A DNA stretch of 64,000 nucleotides. Source: Guillardia theta CCMP2712 (lineage: Eukaryota; Protista; Cryptophyta). Under the pieces are notes generated by a model, which searched no databases, had not been told where the DNA came from, and saw nothing but the letters and a program-made list of their open reading frames with translations. Below are positions 37,394 to 50,076 of the stretch, in pieces; the stretch's first letter is position 1; each line of letters starts with the position of its first letter. Both the position numbers and the translations under genes were made by a program. The stretch covers positions 281,901-345,900 of the forward strand of contig NW_005434632.1 of assembly GCF_000315625.1 (NCBI RefSeq). The letters are read 5' to 3'.

Positions 37394-40300
37394 CACGGGG
37401 GTGGAACTCCTCTTTTACCGGTATTAGGACGGGTACTTTTCCAATCCTTTTTACAGGGGTGGGGTAGTAGAATTTGTTGGGAATCGCAATGGCGATCCCG
37501 CGACAAACTGTTTCGAGGATGAATATCTCAAGAATGAAAATCTGTACAATGCAAAACAAACATTTTGTATTTAGAGATACATACAAATTGTCATTCTCTA
37601 TACTTGTTCGCTTTGTACACGTCTTAATTTTTGACATTTTGTCCTTTCTATCTCTTCTTCCGTAGACTTACAACCAGACAAAGTTCGTAAACCCTGAAAT
37701 CTAGGCATTTGTCCTGTGAATCCTCCTCGTGTATCCAAAGATTGAGTATGTATACGTTTCCGAGATCGAGGTTGGGACCTGCACTCATTCTCTTTGTCCC
37801 GTGTTCCTTCCTCTGCGTTGAAAAGCGTCTTCTCCCCGCGTGGTCTGCTAAGAATGATTCGCTTTTTTGAGTGGTCATACACAAAAGGCAGATTGGGATC
37901 GAATTTTTTTGAGAGCTCAGTGCATGCTTTGTTGAATTTCCTCAAGAAATCTTTCTTGTTCAAATGACCTATCAAAGACCAGAGGTTTTCAACGCTGTCT
38001 GTGCAGAGCGTCCGTGCATTGAAGTCATACTCCTTTTCACCCAACACACCTTTGTTGTTGCTCAAATAACTCTGTATCTGTAGATGTGTGTCCATGGCTA
38101 CAATCAGTCCTTCGAAGGTTACAGATGACAACCCCCTCATGTGCCTCTTGCCCACCCTCATCCAATCCACATCTCTTAGAAGCCAGGTTCGAGCTCTAAG
38201 AATGAGATTTCTTCTTTCAGACTTGGTGAGGCCTCTCTCGTCGAAAGCTCTGTGAAGGCCGTTCATTGCTTCTGCCATTCTTGCTGTTTCAATGTGTCCC
38301 TCTGCATTCAGAAGCGATATGGCCTTGCTGCTGAACATTTTTAACATGATATCCACTGATTGAGGGTCCGTGCACCCATCGACTTCCAGCTGCGTTAGCC
38401 ATGACGAATTCTTCTTGGAAATATCAGTGTACGCAGCATGCCATGTTTTAGCCTCTTGCTGTGCAGTCGGGTTTCTCCCCGAGCCAACCGTGTGCCTGAC
38501 ATTCTTCAGTAAATGATTGATACATGGCGCAAAGAAAAGTAGCTTCTTCGTGGTTGGAGAGATAACAGGGTTTGACAGGTACTCGTTGAATTGAAACCTA
38601 ATCTTGTTTGGATCAAATTCTTCCAATCCATCTGTGATCAATCGTTCGAGCTCCCAAGGCGTGAATTTGGCTGTTTCATTCTCTGCAACCCCTTGTTGTA
38701 TAATGCTATCATATCCATACCGTCGGCAGAAGATGTGGATTCTGCTGTACATCTCGTTCAAACAGGCCTTAGTTCTGGTGGCAGGAGAACACTGCAATTT
38801 CTTTTCTCTCTGGACCTGCCATATCAATTGGTTCCTCCTCAAACTCAAGACGAATTTCTCTATTTGGGCAAACTCTGCAGTGTTCATGTGCATTATTCCA
38901 GATCGAGTTCGAATTGTCACTTGGGACAAGTCAGGTCCATCATATTGGTTCATATTCAGCAAATTGCATTCTCTCTCTACTTCCTGTGCAGTAATGGCTG
39001 GTTCAAAGTCGAATACGCATGAAATGTATGATGCGATCTCTGAGCATATCTGTGATATGCTCAGCTTCTGGGCCTCTTGTTTGATAGCCTTCACCTCCGT
39101 TATGAATGTGCTTGGATTGTTCACGTAGTAATTCCTGTATATGCAAGAAAACTCGCCGTCAAAAGACCAGACATTGAAAATAATTCCACGCTCGTGAGCC
39201 TCCTTTGTAACGGCTTCCAATATTCGAAGACCTTCAGAGGCACTTAAACTTTTGGTTGAAAAACCAATGTACATGGGGACAGGGGGTGTGCTCGCACATC
39301 CATCTTGTGCAACCACACTGATGGCATCTTCAGCCAGTTCAGCAACTGTATGCTTGTAAAATTTCTCATTGTACTTGTACAACTCGTTTTGAAGTTCTGA
39401 TTCGTTGACAGGCAGATCGCCATTCGCCATTCCCTCCAGTTTTCCTATCAATCGAGGAATTTCTACATCCATCTGTTCACAGCCTTCAATTACTGTCTTG
39501 AGGTAACGTTGATGTGGTGTGAACCTGACATCCTCTGGAGATTCGCCTCCGGTTCTATGCTTGGCAACAAATGCATTTCGAACCTTCTTGTATGCTTGCT
39601 CCATATCACTCTTCCTCTGATGCACACTCTGTTGATCGGATCTCAACATGCCAACCAGCTGTTCGCTGATATAGTGTTCTGTCTTTCCTGTCAAACAAAA
39701 CTTTTCCTTGCGATCTTCAAGCAGGTCAAGTCGCTGAGCCAAGTCAGGTTCATGACTTGTTATACCCCCCAGATCTGCTTCACATTCCTCAAACACAGAA
39801 CAAAATCCTGCATTTATCATTGTTTTGTCGATCGCACAACAGTTCACTCCAGTCTGACAATGCTCAGGATTCATTCGACGGAATTCATCCATCATAAATG
39901 TGCACACTCTGGACCTATCATTGCCATGCAGTTTCATGAGATGCCTATCTCGTTTCTGAAGAGTGGATGTGGATGGCAGAGGTAAGTTGTGTAACATCTG
40001 GTCCGCATCAAAAGTTCCAGTATTTTTGTTCCCCGGCCCTGTGAGCAAGCGATATAGACCTGAGGTGCCGACATTCCAAATTGATGCAGCGAAACTCATG
40101 ACTTGCTCAGAGTATCGCATGCCTCTAGTGTCCTTTGTTCGAAAGCCTTGTCGTATCCAGTCGCTCACTATGAATGGCATGATGGGGTGTTTGCTCTTCA
40201 TGCCATCTCCTTCCTGACTGGCGAACATTACGACATCTGAAACTATGTCGGGAAGCTCAGCAGAACGGAGGTTATCCATCGCCCTTTCAACATGGCAGAT

Positions 40301-41365
40301 GGTGAGAAAGCACTTGGCAGTAGGACTTTCGTCATTGGATTCTTCAAGAGACTCATGCTCTTCAAGAATGCTTCGGATGAAATCACGTCTATCCTCCAAT
40401 GGCATTGACTTGAAGTTCTCGCACATTGTATGTGCGAGGAGAGCGAATGCTGTTTTGATATTGCTGTTCTGGTCTTGGCCAATATGTTCAGGCCTTACAT
40501 ACCTGCATGTGGCATGTCAGTGCTCTGGTGCATTCCAGCTCGCTGGTTACCTTGAGTGATAATCGTGTATTTGCTTTTGTAGCTCGTCAACAGTGTCATA
40601 GTGCGAAGTGGCCCAATGTCTGATTTTCTTACACAATGCCTTTTGCTTTTGCCGATGATTCTTTACTTGAATTCGAAGCTTTTGCGCGTCTATGTGCAGC
40701 TGGAATTGATCATGATGCATTTTGGCATCTGCTCCTTGTTGAAACGAGGTGAAGTAATGAAGGAAACAATTTTTGAAGCCCTCTGCATTCTGTCCAAAGA
40801 GGTCACCTAGAAGCGTCAACTTTGCTCGCACATGAGAAGTGTTGATGGTGTGCTGGCTCAGCTTGAGATAACTAGCCGCTACTTGTAGCAAGCTATCATC
40901 CGCGTCGCTTATCTTCAACGTTGCGTGCCCGATGTTTTGCAGAAAATGTAACAATTTCAGCACCAATGCGTCAGTGAACACTGCATAATCCTGTACAGTT
41001 TTCAAGTCGATGTCTTTGAAAGCCCGTCGACAACGTGAACAAGCTTTGATGCAGTGTTGAGGGATCGTCCGAATACTGTTCGTACTGTATCTCGTCTTAC
41101 AAATAGGGCATTCCTCTCTGTCTGCTGTCGTCTTGCTCATGGCAAGGATGCAGTGCAGATTGCCCGCCAAAATTCGGATTTGAATTTCTCCCCATGGCGC
41201 GTCATAGATCTTGCATCGTTGCCTTATACCCCCTGCATGACCACCGCCCTCGATGTGCATCGCGGTCGATGGGAGGGGTATTTAACTGAAAATTAGTACC
41301 AGGTATGGGCTAGAGGCAGTGGTTGGCCCGCGGATGAGATCGAATATAGTAGTTCCACCCCCGTG
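37394..41365 (-). mobile_element. Complete autonomous DDE cut-and-paste DNA transposon, 3,972 bp, P-element-related
   Basis: Perfect 15-bp terminal inverted repeats CACGGGGGTGGAACT (37394-37408) / AGTTCCACCCCCGTG (41351-41365) with CA...TG ends. Identical 9-bp flanks CAGCACGAT at 37385-37393 and 41366-41374. Encloses one intact transposase gene. Confidence 0.93.
37598..41140 (-). CDS. P-element/THAP9-related transposase, two exons (41140-40551 and 40502-37598), ~1,164 aa
   Basis: Removing the 48-nt GTAACC...CTGAC...GCAG intron (40503-40550) joins the 237-aa and 942-aa ORFs in frame (..HDYHSR|YVRPEH..HTMCENF). Motifs RYSEQVMSFAASI..LPLPSTSTL, CCAIDKTMI (D1), WSFDGEF (D2), FFAPCINHLLKNVR, DPQSVDIMLKMFS, LCTDSVENLWS (E). 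N-terminal CPIC..HC..C..C finger. Confidence 0.88.
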
Positions 41366-41433
41366 CAGCACGATGAGAAGGGGCGCATGGGGCGAGGAGT
41401 AGCGGAATGGTGGTGAGAGGAGAAAGAGAGGAG

Positions 41434-44400
41434 ATGGCAGAGGCAGCGATATCAGATGAGGAGGGGAACATGGTCGATCCCCGGAGGTCTAGGAGCTCTA
41501 GAGTTGTTGGAGCACTTGCTGGTCCGTGGCAAGGATATGTGGAGATAGAAATTTGCGTTCTTTTTCGACATCAGAATGATGAATCATGTAAAACGTGGTT
41601 GCAAAGTCCATGATTTACTGCTTATGATCTGTGATGCTGATATGGTCTGACCTTGTTTTCGGAAACCCTGCCATGTTTTCTCTCAGATGGAACGTTGTTC
41701 GTTGTATGGCCTGATCTTCTAGAACAAGAGCTGCTGGAGCATCGAAGCTGATGTTATAACAACACAAGATGTTTGGAGCAGGTTTCGATTGCTTTTCGAT
41801 GTTGCCAGAACTTGATCTTTGTTTCGCAGAAAATCCGTTGGAGGGCTCTTTGTCCTCAAAGGTAGAAAAGTATGTGGAGCAAAAGTATCGTCTTGACAGC
41901 ATTGGTAGCAGCTCAACTACATCAGAGACACCTTTGCAGCTGTTTCCAGCATATCTGGTAATCAAGCTGAATCCTTGAACTTGTATCTGGTCGCATTGTT
42001 GTCCGAGTTTGTGATTTGTGCAATCCTGTGCCTTGGAACATTGGATGGTTGGAGGCCGAGAAGTGAATGAGATACTGAATGTCATAGAACGAGGAGATGA
42101 CTTGGACCTGCGTTCTCGTTTGCTTTTCTGTGACTGTCGCCCCGCAGGTCACATCAACAGAGATCAGTTTGAAGAGGTGTTTCTGAAGCTGGAACTCAAA
42201 CCCACCCTTGAACAGATCGATGAGGTGGTTTTTACCATTGTTCTCAACATTCCAGACATTTTGCTGTCCATTTTGCTGATCCTTTGTGGATCAGTTGTGG
42301 CAAAGTATGGACACGACGAATTGTGGGCAGGTGGACATCAAGGACTTCACCAGAGTCTGCGGAGAACTTTTGATCGCTACGACATTCCCAAGAGAGGTAC
42401 TGCATTTCAATCTGCGAGAAACAGTTACAGATGTATTCTTCTTTGGATGAGGCTTTCATCTTCTCATTCTCAAACTTTCCATCTGCTCCTCCTCGCAATA
42501 CTCCTCTGCCTTTAACTGCCTGCTCCCTCGTGCCTGCCGCTCACAAGCTTGCTTTTCCTTGCTCAGGGGATTGCCAGCTCCAACTCAACAGAAATGGCAG
42601 ATTTCAAGGTACCTTGACTTCATTCGCAATCACAATTGCCTCTCACGTTAGCTTGCAGAGAATTTTCGGCACTCAGATTCCTCCTTGGCTGGAAAACGAT
42701 GGCTGGCCTCTACAGTCCGAGTCCTTGGGGACGCAACTTCGGATCAACTGCTTGCAGACTCGGCTATCAGGGACTGGGGAGCTTTTCAGAATGCTGATTG
42801 AGAAAATCAGCCACCTGGAGGTGACAAGGCTCGAGAGCCTCTGAAAACTTATGCTGAGCATGTGCTGACCTTGAGCTGTGTGTATGAAGGTTTGTAGGAG
42901 CAGCCTGACTCACGAGGTAGAGGCATTGAAACCCTGTCAGGAGAAGCTGGTGGAGGTGGAGACTGAGTGATGCGTCCAGTTCCTCTGCTCCCTCGTCGCT
43001 CACCTGATCTCCAGGCTGAAGAAGGAGCAGGACAAGACCAAGTCCCTGCAGCGCGAGAACGAGTCGTTGACTCGGGACCTGAGTGTGCTAAGGAGGATGG
43101 TCATAGAACTTGGCGGAGACGAGTCCTCGCTGCCTGCGAAGCGTTCGGCTTTCACAAAGGAGCAGGAGCACATCTTGCACGAGCTGCAAGAGCAGGTACG
43201 ATTGTTCCAAGTTCGAAAGCTCACCTCGCCTCGGCCTTGTCTTCCTGTCATCTTGACATCTCCGTTCCTCCTGTCTGCACAGTTGTCAGTGTCGCACCCT
43301 GACGTTGTCTAACCCACGTGCCGACACCCATTGTCGCCCCCCTGACGTCGCTCGTGTAAAGGTTCGAGAGTTGTCAATGCCGGACGAGAGGTACTGCAGG
43401 CTTGAGGAGTGCGTAGAGCAGGTACTGCTGCGTGCTAGCATGACCGTGCATGCCAGTATGACCGTCGTCTATCTTCTCCTCACATTCTGACAGTTGACTC
43501 GCACCAATGCCGAGCTGATCGAGAAGTGCGAGGCCTCTGAGTCTCTCCTGCAGTCCGTCCTGCAGGTTTTCGCCCCCTCCTCCTCTCCTCCCTTTGACGC
43601 AGGTCACCCGGAAGACGCAGTGACGATGGGTCAGGTGAACCAGTACCTTGTGTCTCGCCAAGATGACCATCTCAAGAAGTTACAAGACAATCAGTCAAAA
43701 CTTGTTGATGCAGAGGTGATGTCGCCTCCTCGATGTCCTCCCTGCTTCTTTTCCTTCCTCCCTCCCTCCTCCCTCCTCCCTCCTCCCTCCTCCCTCCCTT
43801 TCCCATCCTCCCTCCTTCTGCCTCTCTCCTTCCCTCCTCCCTCCCTCCCTGTCCCCACCTCCTTTCTCCCTCCTCATTCTTCCATCCTCATTCCTGCCTC
43901 CTTCCCACCTCCTTTATCTCCCTTCCAACCTTCTCTGCCTCGTCTCCCCTTTCCTTGTCCTCTTCTTCTTCCTCTTCTTCTCCTCCCTTGCATGCTGCTC
44001 GCTCACATTCCTGCAGCTCGAGTGCAGCCGCATCCAACATGCGCAGATTCTCTCCAGCAAGATCAGTCAAGAGCTTGCAAGTCGCCTCGACCTCGCTGCT
44101 GTGCTGCTTTCCGCCAAGTTCGGTCCTGTTGAAGGTGAAGGAGGAGGTCGATGAGGAGGAGGCGGAAGGGGATGGGTCGGTGGGCTGGGGAGATGAAAAA
44201 CTCTGATGCTGGTGGAAAGCAGGAAGTGCTGCGGGGGATGTCGAGCGGCAGCAGGACGAAGAGGAGGAGGCGGAGAGTGCCAACGGGGGGGGAGGGGCCG
44301 AGAGGGTCCAAAAGAGTTTGCAGAGGTTCGACGAGGGTGCGGAGAGCTGGCTGGCAGCTCACCAGCAGCTGGGGGAGGAGGAGGAGGTGAAGAAGGCCAG

Positions 44401-44659
44401 GGCACTCCGAGACAAAATCAGCCTTGTGGGCGAAGTGCTGGATGCAAGGAGCGCACTAGAGGTACCCGGCCATGCTACTGCTGCTCTTCCTACCGCTATG
44501 TGACCTCCTCCTTCTCGTTGCCCTGCTCCTCCTCCTCGTCCTCCTGATTATCCTCCTACTTCTCCAGTTGGTTCTCCTGCTGCTGCTGCTGCTGCTGCCC
44601 TCCTCCTGATGTGATGATAACGAGGACCATGGTGGTGGTGGTGGTGGTGGTGGTGGTGC

Positions 44660-44732
<73 letters not shown>

Positions 44733-45486
44733 AATGATGATGATGATGATGATAATGATGATAATGATGATGCTGTCTGACCTTCAAATGCCAGGGTTAT
44801 CTTTACTCCCTGCGTGTCGCTGAGAGGAACGTGGAAAATCTTGCGGATGCCAACAGGTATTCGCTGCTGCTCCTCCCCCTCCCCTCCTCCCTCCTCTCTT
44901 CTCCTCTTCAACGCTCCAAGCTCACACCTACATCTTCGTTCTTTTCGTTGCCATTCATATTGTCTCCTCCTTCACGCAACTCCCTCGTCAAAGTCCTCGT
45001 CCTCTCAATTTTTCATTCTCGTCTCCTGCTCTTTCTCCCTCGCTTATTCTTTCGTTTTTCCTCCATCTGTCTTCCCCATCCTCTCCTCTCCTTTGTCTCT
45101 CCTCCTCGCATCTCTCGCCCGTGCTCGTTCCCTGGTCCTTTGTTCTCAGCTGACCAAACTTCGCAGTCAGATCATGCGGCAACTTCTGCTCCATATGCTC
45201 AACAAGAAGTCAGTGGATATGTCGAGATGTTCGAGCCTGACAGTCAGCGCAGGGAGGCCAAGGAAAGCTCGAGAGAACGAAGTAAGGATAGGATGGACAA
45301 GGGGGATGAGGGGGTAGTGGTTGACGTGAAAGGGGGGGGTCAGGGGGTCAGGGGAGGTGAGGAGGTGGGCAGTGAAGATGCGAGGTAGGATGAAGTGGTG
45401 GAAGGAGAAAAAGAGAATGAAAGAGCAGGAGGACCAGGACCAGGACCAGGACCAGGACCAGGACCAGGACCAGGACAAGGAGCAGG

Positions 45487-45525
<39 letters not shown>

Positions 45526-48500
45526 CAGGAGCAGGAGGCGGAGCAGCAGGAGCCGCAGGAGCAGGAGAACGAGGAGGAAGGAGAGGAGAAAAGGGAGGAG
45601 GTGGAGGAGGAGGGAAGGAAGGAGGATGCTCGGCGGGTTGAGGGCTGATTGTTGACTTAATTTGCAGGTTCAGAAGCTTATACGGTAGCAAGAGAACAAG
45701 CAGAGCTCTACAACTCTCTTCTTACTCCTAAAGTGGTAATTTCTTTTGTTCTCTGCTCCTTTATTCTCTTCTTCCTTTGTCCTCCTCCTCCTCCTCCTCC
45801 TCCTCCTCCTCCCCCTCCTCCTCCTCCTTTTTCTCTTTCCCACCAGCATTATTCAATTGGTCTCCTCAGGGCCCGGGTTCCAGCACTCAGAAGATGCCCC
45901 TGGTGATAGGAAGGAGAGATTTGAGCGGACGATTCTGNNNNNNNNNNNNNNNNNNNNNNNNNNNNNNNNNNNNNNNNNNNNNNNNNNNNNNNNNNNNNNN
46001 NNNNNNNNNNNNNNNNNNNNNNNNNNNNNNNNNNNNNNNNNNNNNNNNNNNNNNNNNNNNNNNNNNNNNNNNNNNNNNNNNNNNNNNNNNNNNNNNNNNN
46101 NNNNNNNNNNNNNNNNNNNNNNNNNNNNNNNNNNNNNNNNNNNNNNNNNNNNNNNNNNNNNNNNNNNNNNNNNNNNNNNNNNNNNNNNNNNNNNNNNNNN
46201 NNNNNNNNNNNNNNNNNNNNNNNNNNNNNNNNNNNNNNNNNNNNNNNNNNNNNNNNNNNNNNNNNNNNNNNNNNNNNNNNNNNNNNNNNNNNNNNNNNNN
46301 NNNNNNNNNNNNNNNNNNNNNNNNNNNNNNNNNNNNNNNNNNNNNNNNNNNNNNNNNNNNNNNNNNNNNNNNNNNNNNNNNNNNNNNNNNNNNNNNNNNN
46401 NNNNNNNNNNNNNNNNNNNNNNNNNNNNNNNNNNNNNNNNNNNNNNNNNNNNNNNNNNNNNNNNNNNNNNNNNNNNNNNNNNNNNNNNNNCCCTCCCCTC
46501 CCTCCCTCCCTCTCCTCTCCTCTCCTCTCCTCTCCTCTCCTCCCTCCCTCTCCTCTCCTCGCCTTCCTTCCTCTACTCCTCCTCCCCTCCCCTCCTCTCC
46601 TCTCCCCTCCCCTCCCCTCCCCTCCTCTCCTTCACTTTCCTCTCATTTTCCTCTCAGGCTTCGGTAAGATTCCTCGCTGCGCAAGACAGTACCGTCCTTG
46701 GGGCAGAACTTTACACGAAGGTAAACTCTCTGGTCCCGCCCCAAGTTCTCCTTCCCATCCTTCTCCTCCTCTCCTACCCTCCCCACCGCACCTTTCCAAG
46801 TTGTTCCCTCCACTACCCCTATCCTCTCCCTTCCTCCTCGCTCTTTGCTCCTGCTCCCACTCCTCCTCCTACTACTACTACCAGCACTCCTCCTCCTACT
46901 AAGAGCCTCCTACTCCTACTACCAGCACTCCTACTACCAGCACTCCTACCACTACTACCAGCACTCCTACTACCAGCACTCCTACCACTACTACCAGCAC
47001 TCCTACTACCATCACTCCTACCACTACTACCAGCACTCCTCCTACTACTACCAGCACTCCTACTACTACCAGCACTCCTCCTCCTCCTACCAGCACTCCT
47101 ACTACTACACCAGCACTCCTCCTCCTACTACTACGAGCCTCCTACTACTCTCCTGGTCTGATTTATGAGTTCAGATCGCCTTCGAGAAGCTTATGAAGCG
47201 AGCCAATGCAATCACTGAAGACATGATCCGAGAGGTGAGAGGAGGAGAAGAGGACGAGGAGAGGACGAGGACGAGGACGAGATAAGGACGATGACGATGA
47301 CGAGAGGACGAGGACGAGGGCGAGATCAGGACGAGGGCGAGGACGAGGACGAGGGCGAGGGCGAGGACGAGGGCGAGGACGAGGACGAGGGCGAGGGCGA
47401 GGACGAGGACGAGGGCGAGGACGAGGGCGAGGGCGAGGGCGAGGACGAGGGCGAGGACGAGGACGAGGGCGAGGGCGAGGACGAGGGCGAGGGCGAGGAC
47501 GAGGACGAGGAGGAGAGGACGAGGACAAGGACAAGGACGCTTCAGGGGTGACTAACGGAGGAGCAGGCTGCCATGCTGAGGAGCGGAGAGAATCAAGTAG
47601 GAAAACTCTCGAGCGCCTCCTCCCGCACTAACGGATGAGCGCAGAACAACGAGCTCGCATACCAGCTCTCCCTCCTCCTTGAGGAGACGGTAATTTCCCC
47701 ATCCTTCCTTCTCCTCCTCCTCTCCTCCATGTCCTCTAACACCCTCGTCCGTGCTCTTGCTCCCCCTCTGCTCCCCCCCCCCCGTTCACTGTCCTTAACT
47801 GCGTTGCACCAGTCTCTCCTCCTCCTCCTCCTCCTCCTCCTCCTCCTCCTCCTCCTCCTCCTCCTCCTGCTCGCTTCGTCTCCGCTCATCTCTATTCCTC
47901 CTCCCTTGATTCTCCTCCCCTCCCTCTCCTCTACTCTCCTCTGCATTCACCTTGGCCCCCTGCTCATCCTGCCTTTTCTCACTTCTTCCTCGCCTCTATT
48001 CCCATTTGCCTCCCACACTTCCGAGCTCCTCCATTTACTATCCTCCTCCTCTTCCTCTACCTCTACCTCTACCTCTACCTCTTCCTCTTCNNNNNNNNNN
48101 NNNNNNNNNNNNNNNNNNNNNNNNNNNNNNNNNNNNNNNNNNNNNNNNNNNNNNNNNNNNNNNNNNNNNNNNNNNNNNNNNNNNNNNNNNCTCCTGACTA
48201 GCGCAGGCTGCTGTCGTTCACGATATCATGTTCAAGCGCATCATCAAGCTACAGGTCCTCCCCCTCCCCTTCCTCCCTGCCTCCTCCTCCTCCCTCCCCC
48301 CCCCCCTCCTCCTCCTCCTCCTCCTCTTCACTCATTTCATTCCTCATCTGCGTCCTCCTCATTCTCCTCACTTATCTCAGGAGTCTTCCGAGCTTGAATC
48401 CAACGGCCTCTCGAAGGTCAGTTGCCCTCCACCACCAGCAGCACCACTACCTCCTCCTCCACCTCCTCCTACGCCTCCTCCTCCTCCTCCGCTTTGCTGC

Positions 48501-49647
48501 CTCTTCTGCCTTTGACATGGTTCTGGTTGGCGCAGGATGAGAGCCTGGTGTCCCTCGCATCTCTCTCCGGCATACTCGGTCCGTCTATGAGTAGGAGAGA
48601 GAGGAGGAGCGAGGAGGAGAGAGGAGGAGAGAGGAGGAGGGAGAGAGTAGTGAAGAGAAGCAGAGCGTGCGAAGTACAGAGCACAAGTCAAAGGGGATCA
48701 GGCGAGAAGTTAAGGAATGGAGGGAGAGGAGGGGAACAAGTTTGAGCATCTGACGCCTGGCAGGAGAGATCACGACTAGCAACGTCGAGGCCGAGCGGAT
48801 GCGGGTCATGTTGGCAGGTGAGGAGGGAGGAACGAGGATCACAGAGGGATCAAGATCAGGAGAGAAGGGAGAGTGAGAGGAGGGCAGAGGAGGGAGAGAA
48901 AGAGGCAGAGAGAGAGATAAGTGGAGAAGAGGAAAGGAGAAGAGGAAAACAGAGGAGGGGAAGGGAGGGGAGGGCACAGAGGCAAGGAATGAGGAGGGAT
49001 AGCGTGTGCATACAAGAGGACAAGGAGGGGTGAAGGAGGGGAGGCAGGGCAGAGGAAGAGAGGAGCTGAAGCTTCAGCAGACATCGAGAAGGCGATAGTG
49101 GATCACAAGCTCGGTATCGATCATCGTGCCAACGGATTTCTCAATTCTCGGAACGCAGGTGAAAACTCCGCCCTCTCCCTCCCTTTCCCCTCCCTTCCCT
49201 CCCTCTTTCCATTCCTCTGATTTCTGCCTTGTATGATTTCCTACATCCTCTCCCCATGTCCTCTTCGTTCCTCCTCTCTCCTCTCTCCTCTCTCCTCACT
49301 TCGCACAGGGTCTCAGCTTGCCCGCGTCCAGCGGCAGGTGCAGCACAATACTCTCTTCGGGTTGATGACGAGGTGAGATGTACTCCTCTCTCTCCCTCTT
49401 CCCTCTTCCCTCCTCTCTCTCCTTCTCCCCTCCTCTTTCTCGCCTCTCCGTCTCTTCGTTCTCTCCTTCTTGCAATCCTCTCCGTGTTTCCTTCCTCCCC
49501 TCATTCCTTTCCTTTTGTTCCCTTTCCTCTTCCTCTCCCTCTCCCGCTCCCTTTCCTCGCCTCTCCTCCGCTCCTCTTCCTCTCATCCAAGTCTGCTCCG
49601 TCCTCATAAACCTGAAGTCTGCGACTCAGCCGTCTGTCCGACGCTAA
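41434..49647 (+). CDS. EF-hand and long coiled-coil protein, multi-exon (two N-gaps; ends approximate)
   Basis: EF-hand pair GHINRDQFEEVFLKLELKPTLEQIDE|LWQSMDTTNCGQVDIKDF (42148-42350). Heptad-rich exons (SRLKKEQDKTKSLQRENESLTRDL; LTRTNAELIEKCEASE; AMLRAERIK..AQNNELAYQL). Confidence 0.6.
46855..47150. repeat. Intronic minisatellite (CTACTACCAGCACTC)n
   Basis: Degenerate 15-18 bp tandem unit repeated more than 10 times. Confidence 0.85.
47250..47540. repeat. Intronic hexamer microsatellite (GAGGAC/GAGGGC)n
   Basis: Direct observation. The same hexamer family occurs at 5055-5210, 8030-8110, 23835-23890 and 61375-61500. Confidence 0.9.
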
Positions 49648-50076
49648 AGCAGCTGTGACCTCGAAAGAATAAAGACGCAACGAGCACGAGCGATGGATAC
49701 AACAGTTCAAGTTCAAGAGGAGGATAGAGGAGGAGGGAGGGAAAATTAGTGAGAGCGAGAACTGGACAGCGAGGGAAGAGGAGAGTAGTTTGAAAGCTGC
49801 CACCTTTGAAAGTGGTAAAGCATCAAGATGCCAGCTCAAAAAAAGGAAGCAACTGCTTCCAGGTTCGTCATTTTCTTTTCTCCTGCAAACATGTTCAGTC
49901 TCCGTCAAGTTCGAAATGACAACTCACCAGTTCTTCTTTCATCGCAACAGCATCCGACAGCTTCTTCTGCTTGTTTCAGTTACACAACGGCAACGACAAC
50001 CTTCGGCAGGGAGATTCAATGCCATCGAGTCCATTGTGCTGATTGTAACGAGACGGTCCAACATAAATGTACGAGA

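Noticed and set aside
37394-37600. RNA-guided cargo (Fanzor/TnpB plus omega RNA) in the transposon
   Set aside because: The element is filled by the single transposase gene. There is no second ORF or RuvC motif, and only ~200 bp lies between the stop and the TIR.
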